Below, in pieces: positions 56,408 to 64,000 of a stretch of 64,000 nucleotides of DNA (the first letter of the stretch is position 1; each line of letters starts with the position of its first letter). The translations under genes and the position numbers were made by a program. Below the pieces are notes generated by a model, which was given only the letters and a program-made list of their open reading frames with translations, was not told the origin of the DNA and searched no databases. The DNA is from Octopus vulgaris (Eukaryota), in contig OX597823.1 of the NCBI GenBank assembly GCA_951406725.2, forward strand, positions 92,380,001 to 92,444,000, written 5' to 3'.

Positions 56408-56647
56408 CTCTACCTCTGGTATTTGAATACTCTTTTTTCGACCTTGTTTCACATATACCGGAGTAAGCACATAAATATGAAACAAGGTGAAAAAAGAGTA
56501 TTCAAATACCAGAGGTAGAGTAATATGCTTTATTTAAAAGCAGCAGAAATATAACAAACGATTTTACTCAGAGTTTCACGTTCCCGTTCGTCTGAAAGTT
56601 TTTAACAAAACTGTCCGACGAACGGAAACGTGAAACTCTGAGTAACA
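56403..56647. mobile_element. Family H2 HHR-bearing element in alternating orientation (+ partial, - unit, + partial)
   Basis: Hairpin 56403-56525 and hairpin 56564-56645. Plus HHR tgt-CCGACGA-acg-gaaa-cgt-GAAACTC-t-GAGTA-aca. Confidence 0.8.
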
Positions 56648-56692
56648 TCTTTTCTTATATACACACACACACACACATATATATATATTGTT

Positions 56693-56841
56693 TGAGTTTC
56701 CGTTTACCAAATCCATCCACAAGACTTTGGTCGACCGGAGACTATAGTAGAAAACACCCACCCAAGGTGCCACACAGTGGGACTAAACAGGAATCGTGTG
56801 GTTGCACAGCAAGTGTCTTACCTCACAGTTACGCATGAGCC
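56693..56841 (-). mobile_element. SINE family A 5' half
   Basis: gtttccgtttaccaaatcca...cccaaggtgccacacagtgggac. Confidence 0.8.
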
Positions 56842-57414
56842 TATATGTGCACGCCTACACATAGTGAAATATCTATCTCCGTCTCTCTTTCTCTCTGTCT
56901 GCCTTTCTCTCACTCTGTCTCTCTCTCTCTCTTTCTCTCATTCTACCTATCTATCTATCTATCATCCTATAAGTATATATAAAATTTGATACAGAGTCAA
57001 ATGTTTCAAGTTACTTGGGCGAATAATATTTTTGCCTATTCAGACCGTTTCGGATACAAATAGATCTATGTAAACAATGTGACTGAAGATAGAAAAATAG
57101 GTTGGGTGTATATGCGTATTTTAAGAGTTCTCAATCCTTCTCGGCATCGCATCGAACCCATTACCCATCCAGCAACACTTTGCTTAAATAGCAAAAAAAT
57201 CAAAGATGGTGGTGTAACTCAATTGGCGAAACCAATTTTGAATATTAAAGGCATTCCTGGCAACTAGTAAGTAAATCTCAATTGCTTGTGAGCACACCAT
57301 ATTTCGTTATGACATCATAACATAGTACCCTGCATATTAACGTTTATAACTCAATAATGTGCCGCAGCAGCAATAGTAGAGCAGTTCAATCACATTTTAC
57401 AGTTATGTCTTGTT

Positions 57415-57879
<465 letters not shown>

Positions 57880-58562
57880 AGAAATTTGAGCCACCAGTGG
57901 AAGTTTCCACGATTCTTATACGAATATTTGGTCATAAACAATGCGATCGAACTTTTAAAAAGAGGAAATGCATGCAGATGCATATCTTAAGAGTACTTGC
58001 TCACTCTTCAGCTACAACCCCAAACCATTAAGCTTCCACGTGTTTGTACCACTTGTCAGGAATGTGTTTGATACGCAAATTGGTTGCATAACGAAATATG
58101 GTGTCTCTACCAGCGATTAATGCTAACTAATAAATGTAAATGTTGCATTGAGACATCCTTTTGGGTAGAAAACCTCAACGTCTGCCGAAGTGACTCGAAC
58201 CAACACCTTCTGTAAGCCCACAAACGTTCTGTCCTTGTACCAATGCAATTCTGCGTATTTTAGAAAAACCTCTTCTTAACAGCAAGTACCGTATATTGTT
58301 GCTATCATAAGAATTTATAAGGTTTGGAGGGAATATGGAATACTCCCTTTTTATAAATGGTTATCGAAGCAGAAAAAACTATAAATAATAACACGTAAAT
58401 ATTGGGCTATAAAAGCCATTTCGATAGAAAAATTCCAAGGCTTTGTATCCTGGGGATACGACGGATATTTTTCTATGGTACGAAAGAGACCCTTCGAATT
58501 CCTAAGAGAAAAAGTTTTTCATAGTCAACCTTCGACATTTTCAATCCAAAACTGCTTTACAC

Positions 58563-58604
<42 letters not shown>

Positions 58605-58695
58605 TATATTGGAAAGAAAAGGCAGTCGGAGTTCTCAATATACAATATCTGTGCACCACTTCAAACACTTTATACACATACATATATATATGTGC

Positions 58696-58762
<67 letters not shown>

Positions 58763-59178
58763 ATATATGCATGTAGTCATAGCGAGCGATTTGCCTTACA
58801 TCCGGCCTCGTTTTGAGTACGAACTATTGACCCGTCATGAAGATTATGAAACGTTAATGTCTCCTACTCCTGCAACGGTATCTGAGTTATCTCGCTTGTC
58901 TATGATTTCTTGAGGTTTTTACACCAGGTATATGGACCAAAAAGTTTTCCCTCACACCTATAAATCACAATCTGCCCACGAACTAGCAATACGCATAACT
59001 CTTGTATGTATGTTCGATATTATTTATATTCCTCGGACTACTTCTCAGTAACATTTGAATATGAATGTAAAAATATATATATATACATATTATTTTATCT
59101 TATTTTATTTATTAGGGAATAAAATTTCAGGCATCAAAGAGTTTCAAATTATTCTCAATGAGGAAATAAATATGATAT

Positions 59179-59623
59179 TTTAGAGATAGTAGTCCCGTAT
59201 AAAAGAATCACACCGTATAAAAGAATTTTAATTTAAGTTAATACTTACTACTCATTTCCCAGCTACACGTGTTTCTTGAGGTTCCTTAAGCACGCAGTGT
59301 TTTACAGGAACCTTTCTTAAAATATAACCCCAATCATCATGCCTCTAAGTAACTTTATCATAGTTCGATACCAAATACTATATTTTAATTTTAACATATA
59401 CGTATGTCGAAAATATAGTGTTGGGTATCGAACTATGATAAAGTTACTTAGAGGCCTGGTGAGTGGGGTTATATTTCAAGAAACGTTCCTGTAAAACACT
59501 GTGTGCTTAAGGAACCGTAAAAGGAACCTCAGCAAACACGTGTAGCTGAGAAATGAGTAGTAAGTATTAAATTAAATTAAAATTATTTTATATGGTGTGA
59601 TGAAGGGCACTACTATCTCTAAA
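59179..59623. repeat. Long fold-back palindrome, ~205-bp arms
   Basis: tttagagatagtagt...gcctctaagtaactttatcatagttcgatacc / ggtatcgaactatgataaagttacttagaggc...actactatctctaaa. Confidence 0.93.
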
Positions 59624-59634
59624 TAACACACACA

Positions 59635-59690
<56 letters not shown>

Positions 59691-62600
59691 CATACCTACC
59701 TACCTACTTACATACATACATATATACATAGATACATGCATACATATATTGTAAATATACTAAAATTTTGAGTTGTATGTTCCCCGTTTGCATCGCCAGA
59801 CTTATATGAATATTTTTTTTTTATTAATATGCAGCCGACCCCACAAGGCTGCATCGTGTGCTAAATTATTAGATAGCTCAGTTGTTCTGAATATGATTTA
59901 TCTGTAAACGTTAAGCCAAAATAAAGTTTTCATTGATGCTTATATTTTTTGGCTTCTTAACATATTAAAACATATTAAAACGTACAAAACCGCTAAGAAG
60001 CCTCTTTAATGTGACGAACATTTAATTCCAATATCCGCAAGAAGTGAATAATGCTAACATAGAGATAACGTTTGAAACAAGTGAAAATTTCTGGCAGAAA
60101 AGAGGGGAAAATGGCTCACCCTACTGTAGTTTAAAACGAAAACAAAACAATACCAAAAAAATACCATTTTAAGGAATTAAAAGAAAATTATTGAAAGAGT
60201 TTGTTGTAAATGTCAAGATTGTTGGTTGAAAAATAAATCTCTTGTAGCTCAGGCTTCAGTGATTAAAAACAACCGAGAAAGTATTTTTTTAATAGAGTCT
60301 TTTGAAATAAGATTAATGGACTATGCCATGAGATTTTATACCTTAGAAATTAATGCCTGGCTAAAATACTGTCACAACAGATGATGAACAAAAACGAAAG
60401 CGAAAAACAACAACAGAAAAAGAAACAATTATATCAATCTTCTTTCTGGCAGACTGATGCTGATGATAGTATCCTTCAGTCAACTATACGACCGCCACCC
60501 TCTTATTAATTTTGTTCTTGAAGACCCCCATAAAACAACGAGGTCGATTTGGTTTCTGAAAAGAACGGACAATGACGTGTCCGAAAATGGATGGCTTCTC
60601 TGAAGAGATACTGATATGCTGAGAGAAGACATTAAAATTTTGCACTAGACAAATTGCTTCATGAAAGGCTGCTTGCTATTTTATTCTACCAGAACATTAT
60701 AATTATTTATGTTTTATTTAGCCCCAGGTCAACTCTGATCAAGGAAACCTATGATCTAAGTGATTCAAGCTTTGTCCACCCTTTCATATTGATTACATTA
60801 TATTTTCTGTCCACCTCTGTTAATAAAAGTGCAGTAAATTTTGTGTTAACTTTAGTGTTAGTTTTAACTGAAAGAGTGACCGCTTATTGGCCCCTGTGTT
60901 CCTTTGCCATTGGATAACATAACTAACCGCTCTAATGATGTTGGTATTCGTTTAAATACATTAGGTGCGAAATATAGTTGTTAAAATATCTGCTGATCAG
61001 AATTCTTCGAACTTTGGCCATTCGAAACATTACCAAATATTAATCTAATTTTCAAGTGAAGATTAGAGATACATACATGGTTTCAGTAACTGAGAACTTT
61101 AGGTAACTAAAATTGGTGTTTGAAGCAACATTTGTTGACCTCATAAAAGCTTCCTATGTTTCAAAGAATAAAGATCATTTAATATATTTTTCGAATCATA
61201 AAATACATTTATAAAATTTTGTTGCTCGTTTTGGATGGAGGACCAGTGGCCATGTATTTCTGAATCACTCAAACCAAGAGATTGATATTATTAATACTCC
61301 CCTTAGGTCGAAATCTGCGGGAAAGACACGAGCCGAGTGGAATACACTGACGGCTGATACTCTGGCAAGGAAAATCTAGACATGAAGATTAGTAAGTTAC
61401 CTGGCGGAATATAAAAACATGCCGGAACAACTGTGTTGTGATAGCATTAACTCAGTACCCTACGAGTATCTGCGTTGGCATTGAATTTTTGTCATTTTGT
61501 CAGCAATTTTGAGAGAGTTGATATGTCGACTTCAGTACTCACAAGGTACTTATTTTATCGAACTCGAGGGACGTAGTATTTTGAAGCCATTATGTAAAGT
61601 CGGAAGGGAAACTTTAATCACTTTACTCGGTGCAGTAACGATTCTAACAGCTCGCTGACTTAGCCGAAGAGATTATATTTAATGTAGAATAGGCATCTTT
61701 GAGTCTGAAACTTAAAATAATTACATTTTAAAAATATAAAAAATATGTTACGATTCGCTGTAGAATATTATATATTTGAGCCTTTCTCTGACCGGTTTGC
61801 AAGGCTAACTTTTTAGTGTTTGATTCTAAATCTTTTACACATACGCATAATTTAATTCTAAACGTACCTATATTGGACAACATCGATAAAGTTCAATTGT
61901 ATTAATTTGAAACGTTATTATTCGTGGTTCATTTAAAAGGGTTCATAATTGCCTTCAATCTTATTTATTCCAGAGTATATTTCAGCAACAGCCATAGGCA
62001 TTGATGTAATATAAAGAGATGACAGCATCTTAATTTCAATCAGAATTATTTCCTATTGACGTTTATTTAGCTTTCGTAATGCAAACATTTCTGTTGTTAA
62101 ATGATTATTTAAAAAGAAAAGCAACGAAATGAATTTTATATAACGTAGATATAACTTTTACTTACAATTATGTATTATCATTGAGTTTCAGAGAAAAAAA
62201 TACTATAGCCACATTCGTCAAATACGGAATATTATCAACAGGGGAAATGAATACAACTGGGGTTGACCCCAAGGTGGAATCACTCCTGGTTAATGTACGT
62301 CCTTAACATAGCGAGAAGCACATCACGTTGGTGGTTTCTCCTCTTCGGAGACAGAAGTTTCTTTAGGCTTAAACAATTGTAGTTATTTTCTTGAATAGTA
62401 AGATGTTAAAGGGCCGGAAAAAATACTGCGAAGTATTTTGTCCAACGTTGCCCTCATATTGTGATACATAATGAATTAATTAGATTTCGGGGCGGGGTCT
62501 ACTGACTCACATGTGAAATATTCTTAGTTCAGCATACACCGACATACCTGACCATATTCAGAAAAGGCTCACAGAAATGATAGAGGTTCATAGTCAAAGA

Positions 62601-62832
62601 CGGGCTGAGTCCTTTCTCTGACATTTCTACATTTAATAAAATTTCCTCAGTCTCATTCTGAATTCAAATTTCGCCAAGGTTGACTTTACTCTTCGTCCTC
62701 AGAGTTCTAAAAAAGAAGTACCACGTGACTTAGTCTACTTATCACCTCCCTAAAAATGTAAGAGAATTATTGCAGGCAATCATGCTTTCCTGCGTACAGA
62801 CAAGCACTTGTACATGTGTGCATGCGTGTATG

Positions 62833-62876
<44 letters not shown>

Positions 62877-63241
62877 GTGTGTGTGTGTGTGTATGATGAT
62901 TGCTTTATTTTGAGAGATGATAGCTAGTGTCCCATCAACACACACACCACACCTCATCACGCAGAAGAATCACCCCATTGATGAACACTTGGGTCAATTT
63001 TAAGACTAGCTGCTGACTGACAGAGTTTAAAACACAAGTGACAGATATTATTCAAGTTTCTTCGACATCTTTGCCTTTCGAATCTAATTCTGAAGGAATA
63101 AAATTTTGTGTATTAGCATATGTCTTTCAAGTTCAGATATAGTCTTACAAGCTCTTTGACTTATGACACAAGTCGTAAGAGTTGGTTGGCGCCCAAGATC
63201 ATTACCTATCTGGGCATTACGATTTTCATATGATTTTCTAT

Positions 63242-63593
63242 GGTTACGACGACGATGGTTCAAGTTGATCCAATCAACGAAACACCCTGCTCGTGCAATA
63301 AACGTGTAAGTGGCTGAGCACTCCGCAGACACGTGTACCCTTAACGTAGTTCTCGGGGAGATTCAGCGTGACACAGAATGTGACATAGAGGTATAGAAGA
63401 AACAGGAAGAAAGAGTAAGAGAAAATTCTGGTGAAAAAGTACAACAGGGTTCGCCACAAGCCACTGCCGGAGCCTTGTGGCGATTTATGTGTTTTTGGTC
63501 AATAAACACTTATAACGCTCCGTCTGGGAATCGAAATCACGATCCCACGACCTCGATTCCGCTGTCCTAACCACTGGGCCACTGCACCTCCAC
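63242..63593 (-). mobile_element. SINE head B plus tail X
   Basis: gtggctgagcactccgcagacacgtgtacccttaacgtag...gggaatcgaaatc...ctaaccactgggcca. Confidence 0.88.
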
Positions 63594-63686
63594 CTAGATA
63601 TATAATTGTTAAAGAGGACAACAAACATTAAGGCAAGGCAAACATTTCAAGTGGTATACTTTATTATTATTGGAAAAAAATTCAAA

Positions 63687-63742
63687 GTCTTACAGCTCTT
63701 TCTGGCATATCTACGAACATGCGATATTCCGTCATCGGAGAC
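63687..63742 (-). ncRNA. Hammerhead ribozyme-like motif
   Basis: Minus strand gtct-CCGATGA-cggaatatc..gatatgcca-GAAA-gagctg-TA-agac: stem I gtct/agac, extended stem II, near-palindromic stem III. Confidence 0.55.
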
Positions 63743-64000
63743 AAATAGAGAAAAATAGAGAAAAATAGGGAAAATAAGAATGGTATATATTAATGAGATG
63801 ACGACATTGAGGAAGTGAGTAAAAGAATAAGAAGATGGAAAGAAACAAGAAAAGAGAGTCATAAAAGATCACTGTTCAAATTTCCAACATTATACAGACA
63901 AGACCATAAATGTTTAGGTGTAATCCTGCGTAGATCCTTGTGGGTCAAAATCCTGATATAGTAGACATCCAGAAAACAAAAAGATGCGAACATATCAACG

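Noticed and set aside
60500-60660. Possible RTE 3' remnant on the plus strand
   Set aside because: Only weak similarity (KW...LKR...ALD) with multiple frameshifts.

Overview
AT-rich, repeat-saturated eukaryotic non-coding DNA, most likely intronic or intergenic sequence from a coleoid cephalopod (Octopus-like, inferred from the SINE families and the dense (TA)n/(CA)n/(GATA)n/(AAT)n tracts). I found no credible host gene, rRNA, true tRNA or CRISPR array. Almost all ORFs in the track are microsatellite artefacts. The window holds about 30 copies of tRNA-derived SINEs built from interchangeable head and tail modules. It also holds decayed mariner, Tc1, Chapaev-like, RTE-like and Penelope-like (GIY-YIG) remnants and one intact-ended non-autonomous Helitron. 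The most interesting signal is a set of several unrelated short non-coding elements carrying minimal hammerhead-ribozyme (HHR) motifs. These usually sit next to TA-type microsatellites, are often arranged as fold-back (inverted) pairs, and recurrently show a CCGANGA (U4C) core. Also notable are an in-frame chimera of a Penelope RT fragment and a Tc1 transposase, and a local inverted duplication. All family assignments were made by eye, without database searches, and many boundaries are approximate.
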